NCBI GenBank assembly: GCA_973851085.1
Contig: OZ316776.1
Span: 11,532,001 to 11,596,000 of the forward strand
Direction: 5' to 3'
DNA: 64,000 nt
Source: Ptychomitrium polyphyllum
Lineage: Eukaryota
The notes below the pieces were generated by a model. That model did no database searches. It was not told the origin of the DNA and was given only the letters and a program-made list of their open reading frames with translations. Each line of letters begins with the position of its first letter. Position 1 is the stretch's first letter. Of the stretch, positions 1 through 13,253 are shown piece after piece. A program made the translations under genes and the position numbers.

Positions 1-1829
1 ATGCATAATGGACAAGCAATTTTCATGACAACCTTGAATTTCTAAAATATACAAATAAAAGCTTGAATGACAAGGACATCTTTTTATGCTACTATCTTCA
101 AAATGTACAATAAAGCCACAATATAAACTCATAGGGAATTAAATATTTAGGAATGACTCATTCATTCATTTAAATACTAAATATGTCTTTGAGTTCATTT
201 TCATCTAATATGAATTGGTTTTTATCTACTTCTTATCCATATAGTTACACTAATTCTTATATAGATGATAGTCTTGCTACAATATCCAATGATTTTGGTG
301 TAGCAATATTGAATTGAAATGATGCAAAAGTGGACAAATAATACACAATAGAAATATCAAAACTAATTAAAAAGAATAAAGTATGTGCTTTCTACAATGC
401 CTATATTATCTTTGCTATGCAATTTAATCTAAAACTTTGAACCAATTTCACAAATGCAATAGTTTGAATTTAAAGGCATGTTTTAGCTTATTACAATGTT
501 CTTGTCATTACTTAAAAGATTTGATAAAGAAATGAATTAGATACAATTTGAAATTTGTAATATATTAAAGAAAAAAAATGATATAAACAATTAGCTATTG
601 ATTCCTTTCATAGGAAGAGCAAAGTTCTAAATGGTGCCCTTCACATTATAAAAGAAAAGAAAGTGGATGTGGACAAAACCTACCCTCCATTTCTGGCCGT
701 ATGGACTTCATTTAATAATTTTTAAAACCCCATTGATTGCCAAATCGCCATGGCAAGTACTTTAGCATAACTTGAGGCCTAATGCACCAAATTTTGCAAA
801 AACAGCATAAAGGTCCTGCAAATTAAGTAGGCTAAACAATGGGGCTCATGACTCATAATGTGGAAGGGGCCATTGTACAGTAGAGCTGGGCCTCATTAGT
901 TCAATTCACTTCGCAGTAACTGTGTCAGTATCACCTCACCAAACACACGAACTTTTAGCAACGTCTGGTCCACGGCAATGTCATGCTTCTCTCATTCCCA
1001 AACGAATGTTGAACCGTTGAAACACTGAAATCATGTAATTCCTGAGAACACACAACTTACAGTAGTTGCACACCCAGTCCAGCAGACAAAGAATAGCTTA
1101 GAATAGCTTTCAAAGAATCAGAATCTTCCCAGGAGGAAAGGAAGAATCGTAATCTTGGAAAATGTTGGCTTCTAAACACTTCAAAAGCCCAAGAAAATAC
1201 ATTCAGCAGCCACAAAAGTACATGCACCTACTATGTTTTTATCAGGAAAGTTTCCTATAAGACATCAAACCTCTAGTACAAGACTACCATACCTCAAAAG
1301 CTAAACGACCACTTCCTAAAATTACCGAGGACTAAGAAGTCGCAACATTTTATCTCACGAAGATATAATAACTGCACATGATCGAGACATTTACAGAATC
1401 TTCCGAGAAATAAGTTCCACCGTCTCAAGTTGATACAACTTACCTCTAAAAATATGAGTTTGCCCTTGATCGTATCTAGTGCCAGAAAAAAACTACAACG
1501 AACTACAGATAACCAAAAAATCTCTTCTGAATTCTATAAGCGAGGTAAGGATATGAAAACATCCACTAACCATTCAAGTCACAACGCGAATCTACAAAAA
1601 GCTGAGATTTCGCACTAGTCAAAATCCAGCCAGGTCTAGTTTTGCTTACAACCTCCAGTGCTTGCCCCCCTCTGGTCATTTTTGATGATTTCATCAACAT
1701 TCTCTAGCAAGTTGAAGCAGTCAAAAAATCAGCTGACGCTTGTGTGTGACAACCAGAGCAGAGCTGATGTGATTGTGTAGGAGAATTCAATGAATGCTGA
1801 TCCCTAGTGATGAGTATCCAGAGCTTGAA

Positions 1830-3660
1830 TCACTTTGCAAGCCAGTACAGGAGAATCAGAATAAAGCAAAGGGCTGTCACCGCCCCAACTATGAGCGTAT
1901 CACGAGATTTTCGGCGCCGAATTGCAGTCAATACTTTGTTGACCTGCAACAAGGACAAAGCAAGGATCAAAATTCACCATGTGTATCCATTACATATATG
2001 GCAGTGTATGTACAAAGTATAAGTTCTAGAGCTGTGCGAAATGAACAAATGGATCATACCGAGGGTATTCTAGTGCTAAGTGCACCAAGTTTTGAGGATA
2101 TGTCTCCAAAGGTAGTCCGCTGATACCTCAACGTGGTGTACGCTTCCTGAGCATGACCTATAACAGAATCAATCTGCACAAAGAAACCCTAATAACATCA
2201 GCAAACTTATCGTCTGCATAAAGTGGATCCAAAAGTCAACACAGTGCACAGTAATAGATTACAGATCGTCAGGTGAAGCTTCGTTAAGCTTAGGTCTAAC
2301 TACAAGCTAGTAAAGCTATACTGAACTACAAGCTTAGTTCGGTACCTGGGCTGTACTTCTGTTAATGGTTGCCTGTTCCCGCAATAGAGAATGTACTCCA
2401 CCACCTCGGTTATCCAAAAAGCTCTTGCTTTCATCAGCTCCACCAAAGTATTGCAAAAGCTCTGCGTGTTCTCGAATAGCTTTGGTACTAACACGTATTC
2501 TTGCAAATTCCTATGAAAGCAGGAGAAGACCATTCCATGGTCAGTATAAGCATCTATCTGTGACTATCGTCGTCGTCGTCATCGTCGTCGTCATCATCTA
2601 AGTAGCACCTCATTAATTGCACAGAATAGACCCACATGAAACGGTTGGCAACAGCATTTATCAATCTGGCCGAGATAAAAGCTAAGCCTCATGCAAGGCC
2701 ATTTTAAGATGCCACCAAATAAGAAGGCTAAAACGCAATCCGCTCACCTGACTCAATTCATGCAAAATGTTTTGGTGGCGCGCAAGTGTGTGAGAAAGGA
2801 CATCGGAGCCTGCATTCGAGACCCAACCCTGCATTTGTACATTCACATCGTTCAGATGCTGCAGCAATCTTTCAATATCTGCCTCGTTGCCATCCCTTTG
2901 GCCATCAACTGCTGGATCGAGCTGACCTCTCCGAAATGATGAAAGTTTCACATCCAGCTCACTTTCTAGCCTTCTCGCCTGAATTCGGCCAGGCACCGCA
3001 CATCAGTAACTCGTCCTAAGAACAAGACGGACCCACTAGGGTTTGCAACATTCAAATGCTACTGTAACTACAAACCCTATTCATACCATTCCAACTCAAT
3101 CTGGAAAACCCCAACGCGCTTGCTGATATTCGAACCTGACAAAACGATTCAGCAAGCCAAGGCACATACGAGTGATGAGAAGAGCATGTAGGAGCTCCTC
3201 AAGAGATTTATTGGAAGATTGGACAAAACAAAGGCATCGCTTCTTTAAAACCTCCTTCGGACTTCACAAGTGACGGGAAAAACAAAGGGAAAAACTTTAG
3301 GAACGCAATACCAAGTGAGACTCCCACCTCTCTCAGCGCACAAAAAATTTATCAAAACTACACCACTGAAACCATCAAAATTCCAAAGAGCACACGGAAC
3401 AGTAGGCAACCCCAAACTACGCTCCAAACTAGGAGCCATAGTAAACTCTACCGGAACAAGACCCTACCACGATGAGGCCCCCTCATGAAGATCCCACTTC
3501 ACGAACGCCACAAAAACTCGCAATCCCGGTATGGCAATGATACCAATGCACAGAGAAATGAATACAAGTACCTGATTGAGGTACAGCAATATACCTGCTT
3601 ACGCAGGTCATCCCAACCTACGCTTCCGGCATCCGGCGTCCATCCGGCTCCCAACCCCAT
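1830..3660 (-). CDS. GOS1: Golgi Qb-SNARE, GOS1/GOSR1 (GOS11/12-like), ~229 aa, 5 exons
   Basis: Hand-spliced exons 3660-3595 (MGLGAG...WDDLRKQ), 2978-2748 (ARRLESELDVKL...LARHQNILHELSQ), 2510-2346 (EFARIR...LLREQATINRSTAQ), 2173-2060 (IDSVIGHAQ...), 1943-1830 (VNKVLTAIRRRKSRDTLIVGAVTALCFILILLYWLAK*). All introns are GT..AG and phase 0. W.xLRKQAR.LE, RH..IL..L.QEF and IRRRKSRD plus a C-terminal TM anchor are GOS1 hallmarks. Confidence 0.93.
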
Positions 3661-6121
3661 TGCCACCCAGCAGATCTAAGCTGATCTCCAAAAGACCCCT
3701 CCTACGCAGAATCCCTCAAAAGCAACCTCCTCGAGAAACCCAAGTTTTAAGGCAGATGGGAATGCAGATTCTTCTGCATAGCTTCCTGTGGGAGTCTCAA
3801 ATGACCTCTAAATCAGCCCAGATGAGCTTCCAAACAGCCTTGCCTGAGCGCCTGATCGCTCCAGAGTCTACTTCGATCGCAAATCCGTGCAACTAATGAT
3901 CGATTTGCGAGGCAACGACGGGGCGACGGCCATCACATTGCACACGAGGTGGTGGGGTTGACTGGCGATGGCGACAGGCTGAGCAGATGAGATTTGGATG
4001 ATAGTCTGATGATTCGGATGATCTTCTGATGAGATTCTGATGAGATTCCACCCTCTCATCACAGTGCCACACTATCATTTCTATTTAGCGTCACCAGCTC
4101 TGTATGCAGTATATTGCCATGATTCTGAACGTAAACCGCGAAACTAAAGCCACCAACACGAATTACAAACAAGCTTTCGACTGGAGAATAGGACACAACG
4201 TAGATTGCTTGTAAGTAGGGTCACTGTCGGTAATTTCTATGACACTAAACACTAGTTGCAGAGATGAAATGGAAGATACTGTAATACGACAAGGTATGCT
4301 GCGTCCGGGTGGGGGAGATTTACCGGCCGATTGGCATCTGATTCTGGTCCAGTTTCCTGAGTTCGAATGTACCGTCTCTGACTGTCGGAAAGATTTTATG
4401 TACAGATTTGGTATCCTGTGCAAGGGCGTCCTTTCATGTGCCCAGTCCAGGTAGGTGGAAGAATTCCACCGCAGCCGGGACCCGGTTTTCACCACTCTGT
4501 GAGTTTGGTGGCCTCCCTTTCCTCTGTCCCACTCTTTTTCCTTGTGACAGGTCGGCTGGGTTGCAGATGAACTTGCAGATGAACTTGTAGACGTAGATGG
4601 AGAGGCAAGGCTGGCAAACAATTCAAAGAAACTACAGTGGTGCAAAGTGGATATAGAAAGGTAAAAGAATCTTGGAAGAGCTTTTTGAGTTTTTCTTAAG
4701 AATGTTCGAGGCGCTGCACTTGCATCCCATGTAGTAGAAACAGCTTTTGGAGCAAGAATTTTGAGATTCAGAGTTTGGAATAAACAGAAATAGCATTACT
4801 GAGAATCATAACGTATTTGAATAAGGGATGGGTCTTTTGGTCAATTATGAAAAATGGTGATTGGTGATTGAGAATACTTGAGAATAGTACGGGTGTATTT
4901 TGATTTTGTTTTTGTACTTTGTAGAGAAACCTCAGATTGTAACAATTTAAAACTAGTTAGGATAAATGGCATTATTAGTCAAAAATAGTGTACTTAAAAC
5001 ATATTTTTATAGAATAATAGCTTTTATAAAGATTAGGATTTATAGTATTTTAAGGAGTTCGTTGTATATATCATTTTAAGTTCTTTTTTAGAGCAAGATT
5101 AGAAATGATAGAACTGCATATTCATATTCATGATCTTAATGTAGTGAAGTTAAAAATTTTAATTCTTTTAGAATAACTTTAAATCTAATTCTTTTTTAAG
5201 TGAATGCTCCTTTGTGTCATTTACAGGGTACATACACTCTAAAATTCTACTCTACAAACTAAAGAAATTGTTAGAAAGAATAATTGTAGGTTAAACTTTT
5301 GGGGATTGTGGCAAATCCATATCTCTGGAAACACTTGTCTTGCCTGAACCCTCCCATCTGTACCGTGAGTTTGGCCTTCCTTGCCTTCCAACTTCCTCCT
5401 TCCTAGGTTAGACATCCACTTTTGCACAAAGGTTCAATGATAGCATACCCCGCTTCACCACATGGTGTGATCACCACAAACTGATCAGTTGTTGACACAG
5501 CAGCAAACACTGCAGGACCAAACACTCCCATCAGTATATAAATTATTGTTCCATCCACATGCCATTGGGTCAGTCACACACATGGCAAAATTTGTGCACT
5601 GTAGAGTTGTATCCCACTTCAAACTAAAAGCACCTTATGCATAGCAAGGAGACCCCATGTTCACTTGTTCCCTTGTCCTCAAATATACATTATGGGGTGT
5701 GACGTTGTTCCTCCATGTATTTTTCTCAACCAATCACAACATCCTACAAAACATTGTTCATTGCAAAGTAAGAGATAAAAGAAAAGTTGCTTTTTAGTGT
5801 TTTATCATTTCCTTGAATGTTTTTTCTAGATTCGTAGTACACGTCCAAAAACACTGTAGAGCATGAGTTGATGTGTCCTGCATGTACCTCACCTGAAACT
5901 TATCCTACATATTCAGAAAATACGTTGGGGGTAATTAACGTTGCCCCATCAGGGGTGCTCAAATTGTTTGATAGCAGCTCAAAATTTCGGCCAACGGAAC
6001 CTTCTCAAAATTCCCTCTCAATTAGAGTTATGCAAGTGCTACATGAAACTCCTGCGTAAATGTGACACTCCTTGAGTTAGTCCATGCACACATCCCTTGC
6101 TTCTTCTAAGAAATGATCTCC

Positions 6122-6176
6122 GCCACGTCTGAAGCACTTCGAAAACCTCAACTTATTAATCAGCTCTCCACGTGTC
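6122..6176. promoter_or_regulatory. Pair of ABRE/G-box elements upstream of the ASR-like gene
   Basis: GCCACGT at 6122-6128 (ACGTGGC on minus) and CACGTGTC at 6169-6176, about 300-350 bp upstream of the ATG at 6471. Both match the ACGTG(G/T)C ABRE consensus. Confidence 0.6.
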
Positions 6177-6470
6177 ACGACCTGTTCCTCCACGAGGCGA
6201 ACACTCACTGGTCAGACCCGAACTGCGTCAAGCATCGCCAAGCATCGTCTTGATGCTTCAAGCATCGCCAAGCATGCTTCTACAAGACCATCGTCTCGAT
6301 TCTTATGTGATCCAACAATCGACGATTGAAGGCGACCATCTTCACATCACAGAGCGAACAGCTACAGATTCTGAGCTTAGTGTAAACTAGAAGGCAGTTT
6401 GGTAATTGAAACCAACTGGGTTTGGACGACGATTCAGTGTTCGATCGATTCCAGACAAGACAAACATACA

Positions 6471-7232
6471 ATGGGAGAGGAGTACGAGAGGCGTAGGAGT
6501 GTGGAAGACGTGGAAGGGTTATTGGGCGAGGATGGCTCTGCAGGCGAAAGCGGAGAGGTGAGGGACCGGGGCTTGTTCGATGGCAGGCATGGTCACAGGC
6601 GTGATTACAACGAAGCAGATGTGTATGCATCTGAGCTCGGAGGCGGCTACGGCCGTCGTCCAGGTGGGGTGATGTATGACGGAGGAGTGGGTGGTTATGG
6701 CGGGGGATATGGAACCCGTCCGCCGCCTGGAGCGATGGTGTATGAAGGAGAACAAGGCTACGGTGATGGATATGGAGGTCGTCCTCATATGCAGCCCGAG
6801 GTTGCGTATGTGGAAGGCGGCGGCTACCGCGCAGGCTATGGCGGAGGTCGTTACGGTGAGGGAGGCTACGGCCGACGTCCTGATGTTGTGTACGATGAGC
6901 CTGTAGGCGAAGTTTCCGACCTCGGGACAGGACTGATCGACTCCAACATCCGGACCGAGCCGGATTATGGCTCCTCTCTCACCCGTCCGGACCTTGCCGG
7001 CGTGCCCGTCGATGCATATGGACGCCATGGACATCACGACCGGTATGAAGAGGAATTCGATGAAGAGCGCCGGCACAAGCGGTACGCAGAAGCGGCGGGT
7101 GCCGCGGCCCTCGGGTACGGCCTGCACGAGCGTCATGAAAAGAACGAAGCCGAGGAAAGATTGGAAGAGCTCGGCTACGATGAGGACGGCAGGCGGAGAC
7201 ACGAGCATCACCTCTTCCGCTCTGATTCATGA
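6471..7232 (+). CDS. Intronless hydrophilic Gly/Tyr-rich protein (253 aa) with ASR/ABA-WDS (LEA group 7)-like C-terminus; probable ABA/desiccation-induced protein
   Basis: First ATG at 6471 (ACAATGG context); GC-rich coding composition; four GYGxRP..Y(D/E/V) repeats. The C-terminus RRHKRYAEAAGAAALGYGLHERHEKNEAEE...HEHHLF resembles the ASR motif AAAAAVG..GFAFHEHHEKKEA...HHHLF. The CDS is firm; the family call is tentative. Confidence 0.8.
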   Translation: MGEEYERRRSVEDVEGLLGEDGSAGESGEVRDRGLFDGRHGHRRDYNEADVYASELGGGYGRRPGGVMYDGGVGGYGGGYGTRPPPGAMVYEGEQGYGDGYGGRPHMQPEVAYVEGGGYRAGYGGGRYGEGGYGRRPDVVYDEPVGEVSDLGTGLIDSNIRTEPDYGSSLTRPDLAGVPVDAYGRHGHHDRYEEEFDEERRHKRYAEAAGAAALGYGLHERHEKNEAEERLEELGYDEDGRRRHEHHLFRSDS

Positions 7233-7765
7233 GTCCACGTAGGCCCGGTTTGTGTGTGAATGATCGATATCGTGAGTGTACCTACTTTGTGCATAGTGTG
7301 TAAGTTAATGTGCAGCCTGCGGAATCATCTGTTTCTGTGAATCCTCCAACACACAGTCTAGCAGTGTTTATAAACGTCTCTGCAAACTTTGAGATACGAT
7401 TGGGAAAGTGAAGAATGAACTTTTTGTTGCATCAATTTATTGTAGAAACCTTGTTTGATATGATGATTCAGCAGCCCACTGTAATCTTGATTTTGAAGCT
7501 TACATGAAATTCATGAGAATGTGTATTTATAGAAATTTACCATTTGATTCAAATTTCATTTTGGTAGTGAATATTATTTGAACAAAAGATCATTCAAATG
7601 GTCAAAATTGAGCTTCAATACTAAATAGTTAAAACTACCAAATACATTGCCTGATATTCATAGCTTGACACTTGGGATCCTGCATAAAAGCAAGATTTGA
7701 TCCAGAAACTTAAAATCTTAGTGAGAACTTCAAAATTTCATTCTTCATTAATTTTTGTTTTACAA

Positions 7766-7820
7766 CTATAGTTTTGTAACTATTTTATAGTTTTGTAACT
7801 ATTTTATAGTTTTGTGACTA
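7766..7820. repeat. ~19-bp tandem repeat, about 3 copies (TATAGTTTTGTAACTATTT)
   Basis: Read directly: tatagttttgtaactattt tatagttttgtaactattt tatagttttgtgacta. Confidence 0.85.
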
Positions 7821-10117
7821 AAATTTCATAACAATTTGTTTACTCTTGATAAAAAGAGATTGAAAGTTTGTATCTAAATCATTAGACATATGATCATTAG
7901 ACATATGACATTCCACAAACAACTATTACATTGTTAATATAATAAAAATACTATTTTATGTATTTTGAAAATATAGAAATATATTGTAAAAAAATTAACA
8001 ATTTGTGTGTGTTTGAAATTAATGTAAATTTTTTGAAGTGATTGAAAAAATTCAACTCAATCACAAAATATGCTTTTGAATTACAAGTCTTTTCCATTGG
8101 CATGAATCTATAATTTAAAACATTAAACGGATGAAAATTATTCATTTTATTATAATCTAAAACTAAACCTCATACAAAACCTCAAATAAGATAAATTTTT
8201 CAATTTAGCTTGAAGAAGTGGCATTCCAATACTAAATAGTCATCTACAATAAAAAATAATTACATAAAAAACAACACCTTTGATATGAATTCAAATCTAA
8301 AAGACACATATATATCATATCAAATACATATGTAAGGTTTTCAAAACTTTGAATTACAAAGTTATTTAGAGGTATTCTTATAAAAAATTAAATGTCATTG
8401 CCAAAAAAAGTAGAAAAAACATCAAAAATGGTAGGCACTAAGTTTCTTCATTTTCATACTATTAATTTTTTTCCTTCATAATACTTAAATACACTAGGTA
8501 TTGCTCCAATTGAGTCCATGATATCAAGTGAATTATGCTTCTTTATAAAACTCTTAGTAAACAAATACCACCATATAAATTTATAAAACTTATATTATTA
8601 TATACTAAAAATTGCAAGGTGCTTTTGAATTCACATAATAGATGTAACATTTATTCATGGATTAAAAATACTAGATTGCATGGGGAATTTTGTTGGATCC
8701 AATTTTCAAAGTTTAGATTGCAATTGTTCTAAATGGTATGAGTAGGTAAGGCATTTGATAAAGTTAAAAATTTGTACGAACACCTTACAAGCACCCAAAA
8801 GATCCACCTCTTAACTTTTGTTCCCTACCCATCTACCGCAGATTCCTTGCCAGATTTTTGTGGCTACCAGTTCAGACCATTTTTCTCAACCGTTCTAAAC
8901 AACTTGAGCAGACCACATTCAGATATTTCAGAAACCTCTGCACATCAAAACGTCTGCACTAAACCACACGGCAGAATGCCCAGCGACGCAACACCTTATA
9001 TTATTTCTCATCAGATGCTTAGATCATCTGGAAGCATCCGCAGTATGATCCTACAATGTGTTTATGAGAAATACGAGCAATTCTGCATCCACTTTTGTCG
9101 AGATTTCCAAGTTCGTCGAAACCTGCTCCTAGTAGAACCAAAGAAATGGAAGCAAAGGGACATCCATTATAGAAATGGCTCACTCGAGGAGAGCGTGTGA
9201 TTGATACTTGACGCAAAATGAATCTGGGATCTACCCCCAGATCAAAAGTCACGCGAGCAGAAGAAGACCCGTAATTGCATGTCAAGGTTTTCAAGGTTTT
9301 CAACTACCGAATAGGGCTGCTTCTGTTTCAGAAAAACAAAGCAAGTAGTTTTGGTGTTACAATTCACTGACGACTGACTTTTTATGTCAATGGAGTTTTA
9401 AAAGTGATGCACAGTGTCTTATCTCAATGCTCGCCAACAGAATTTGGCCTGTTACTAAAAGAAAAAGCCGCGTTTTGTCTATAACTACACAATGTTGAGC
9501 CGAGTCCCTGGAACCTTGGGAAAGGAGGGCAATGACAGAAATGATATGGATACTCTACAGCTGGAAGGTACAAATTCTACAAATATCTACCAGCAGCTAG
9601 GCGTCGAGGTCCTGGAGAAGCGAAGGTTTCTCTAGCACCGAATTGACTAGACGGCGATTACTGGAGATGAACTAAATGATGAAAAGACTTTGACTGCTCT
9701 CTAAGTAGAAAACAGGCCTGTATAACATCTTGAACACAGCACATGGTTGAACTCCTTAACCTGTTGCAAGTTAAGATACACAGTTAGCAATCGTCCACAT
9801 TGACAACATAAAGTCACTCACACTCGTTGCACAAATGTAAGGATTCCACAATTGGTCCTCTTCGATGCAGAAGATTTTCAACAGTACTTCAATATTTTCT
9901 TCTATGTATCATGCTTTGCTTGGGTTCGACGTGTGCTATCTGAAATGAACAGTGAGGCATTATACCATAGATCTAGGAGCTGACAGCGATATCCCAAACC
10001 TTTAAACGTATTTATTTTAGTAATAAATCTCAACTTGAAATCTCGTAATAAGAACAAGGGTATACAGAAATCTAGCACTGACCTGAAATGAGGTGCAATT
10101 CAACACCCATGGATATA

Positions 10118-13100
10118 TCAAGCCCTCATATTTAGGGGATTCACCGATTTGACCTTGTACAGCGAGCTTGAACTCTTTTTTTTCCTGAAAACCGACGTCA
10201 ACTTTGCTCCCAACCCTGACTTCTTCATGTTTTCCTTCTCACCTTTCTGTTCTTGTGCTTCCATTTCTATCATAAACTGTAAGACAGCCTGCAATCCCCG
10301 TCCTCAGTTTGTTATTCACAATTGGTCTGAAAACGGCAAAAGATTTTGCAGTACAACTCATTTTAAGAAATTAACACGTTGGAAGAAGTGCATGAGCTGC
10401 GGCTATAATCAAATCCCACAAGGTTGTCATAGAAAAGTTCACCTCTTTCCCTCGCCGAACAACATCCAGAGGCGGTATCTGCCATGGATTCTGATCCATT
10501 TCAAGCTTCTGAAGGCCAGTTAGCCTAGCAAATGATCGTGGCAACTCTGAAATCTGATTGCTGGTAAGGTTCAATTCTCGTAAACTCTGCATATGACCAA
10601 TATCTGTAGGAAGCTCTCTCAGATCAGCAAAATTTGATGAGACATCGAGTACTGTCAATTTAGGAAGATGACAAACGCTATTAGGGATCCTCCCGATCTG
10701 ATTGAAGGATATTTTCAACTCCACCAAATTCGTGAGTTTATGAAGCGTTGTCGGCAGATGCTGGACGTGATTCAGATGGATGCTTAACTTCTGAAGTGAG
10801 ACGAGGTTCCCTGTTGCTTCAGGCAGCACCTTCAACTCATTAAAACCCGCATTCAATTCCACAAGTTGTGTGCAAAGACCAATTGTTATTGGCAACTCCT
10901 CGATTTTGTTATGATCCATATCCAGAAATCTCAAATTCGTGAGGCATCCGATAGCCTCTGGCAAAATCTTCAGCTGATTGTTCTTGACATTCAAGGACGT
11001 CAGGCTGCTCAACTCACAGATGGACTCTGGCAACGCTTTCAGGCGATTAGCTGCACAACCAGATCAGTGTAAGTATCCTGAACTCAAAAGCACCTTTAAA
11101 ATTAAACAATATTAAAGTACAACTTAGAAACAACCAGCAGTTCATTAAGGTTTCCATATCGAAAAAACCACAAGCAAATGATGACCATGACGGGAAACTA
11201 TATGTAAGAACATGCACTTGGTCTATATCAGAATCAGGGTACACCGAAGAGCACAGGTGATTAAAAATTGGAGAGAGATTGCTTGATGGGCAGTTTGTGA
11301 GCTTCAATAAGAAGAGCATCGGAAACGGAGAAACTACAACAGTTGAATAAAACATCCACTCGTAACACTCAGTTTGAATCAGAGGTTCTCATACCTGTGC
11401 AAGTCAAATTAAGATTTCCTAAGAGATTAAGCTAATTACTCGACAACTATTCACATCCGAGAAGGATCAGTTACAGCAAACTTCAGCCTAGCATTGCGAA
11501 AAACCCCAAGTGATAACTATAGATAATGACCCCTGCTTTCATGCGCCCCGAAAAACTGAAGACATGAACACTAGACAGCAAACCTACTGTGGCTTCTCAG
11601 ACCCAAACCACTTGCTCTTCAAATCGCTTGCAATTCAATAGTGCTATTTTATTCAGAAGAATCTCAAATTCCTAAATAATAATATATCCCTTATGAAGAT
11701 GTTCCCGGATCTGCTAGTCTTTAAGAACAGAATCATACTGTAATGCACTTAAAATAGGCATTGAATTTGGACTAAATTTTTTATAATCTGACAGCAGCAA
11801 GTCAGCAAAGCTTTTATGATTTGAGCACCTGATAGATTAAGCGACGTTGTCTTCGTCAGATTCCCAATATATTCAGGAACATACTCCAATTCCATGTTGC
11901 TGAGCTTCAACTCCATCAGCTCCAGGGCTTCAGCTCTTTCGAGAATTTGCATCAATTCAGAAGAGTAGGTTCTGCTTTCGTTACCACCATAATCTGGCTG
12001 CAAACCTGGAAACACAATCGAGGATTTACAAATCCTGAGTATATACTTACCTTAAGAATTTGAATATAGCAGACAACTTACATAGCAATATTTATAATCA
12101 TAATTTTATTTAAAACCAGTAGCTACATTAAACGTGTCAATCACTCCATACCAGAAGGATTGACATAGTGTGTAACTCCATCTTCTTTTAAATTTTGAGG
12201 ATTTGTAATCATGACCAACAGGAATAATTCCTCAACATTTGATTTGATTAAATGATCGAAGGTGAATCTACAAACAGGAGGTCACATTCTGCAAGAAAAA
12301 GACAGAATCCACTTCAACGAACAGGACTTTTTAATAACTGCTGGAGTAGAAACCCAGAGTAGTTTCTGTGCGGGGCGATTCATGAAATTGTGGTGAAGAA
12401 AATTACGCAGTCTGTAAAATGTCTACGCTAATTGCTTCACACATTGATATACTTCCCATTGGCAAATATCATCAAGACAAAAGCACGGAGGATTGCAAGA
12501 ACCTGGAGTTGGCGCTTCTTGTGTTAATGCTGTTCGACTGCTGCTGTTTACCGCACTGTCTGACTTCAGAGCAGTTGTTGATCCCTTGAATGAACGGCTC
12601 CCCAAATGACCAATAGATGAACCTCTGCCAATCGGCGTTGAATAACTGTTGTCTTCAGAAACAGGAGGGAGACCCTTATGCTTTGATCCATCAGTTGTCG
12701 TTACTCCTGGCTGCTTGTAATCATAAGCTGAACCTTCGTGCACTGAGTTGTTGCCCAGAGGGTGCGATGCAGCATCCTGGGCTTTCTGAATGCAGTTATC
12801 AAAACGCTGGTGCCTATCCTCTAGTTCTTTGAATCCCACTGCCATGCGCTTCTCTTCAAGGGCCTGCATGTACAGTTGACACAAACATTAGGGCTTCATG
12901 AATGCACATCTCCGGACAAGGTCTTAACGAATATACGAACAGCCCAAGCGGATAAAACCTAAATAAAATTCAGGTGAACCCAATCTTGCGCGTCTCAAGT
13001 AAGCATTAAATACCTTATTGCGAATCAAATCTTCACGCATCTCTAGATATGCGCGGAAAACATGGTAAGGGACTCCAGGAGGTCTCGTCTGCTTTGAAAG

Positions 13101-13253
13101 CTCATCCAACCGAGCAGACAACTCATTATCCACCCTGCCGATAGTGAGCGTTGCGTAATTCAAATCTTTCGGGCTGGGGCGGGGAGGTAACTTTGATTTT
13201 AGCCTTCTCATTTCTGCTACCACATCCTCGATCGACTCTATTTTCTTGCCCAT
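10118..13253 (-). CDS. PIRL: Plant intracellular Ras-group-related LRR protein (PIRL family), ~518 aa, 5 exons
   Basis: Exons 13253-13014, 12863-12503, 12005-11829, 11050-10443, 10288-10118 sum to 1557 nt, in frame, with GT..AG junctions. N-terminal LPPRPS motif, tandem LxxLPxxIGxLxxLxxLxLxxN repeats, and the PIRL cap NPWQIPPLDVVRRGKEAVLQFM. Confidence 0.9.

Noticed and set aside
6519..7230. Long antisense and alternate-frame ORFs (e.g. 230 aa on minus)
   Set aside because: Shadow ORFs of the GC-rich, repetitive sense gene; no independent signal.
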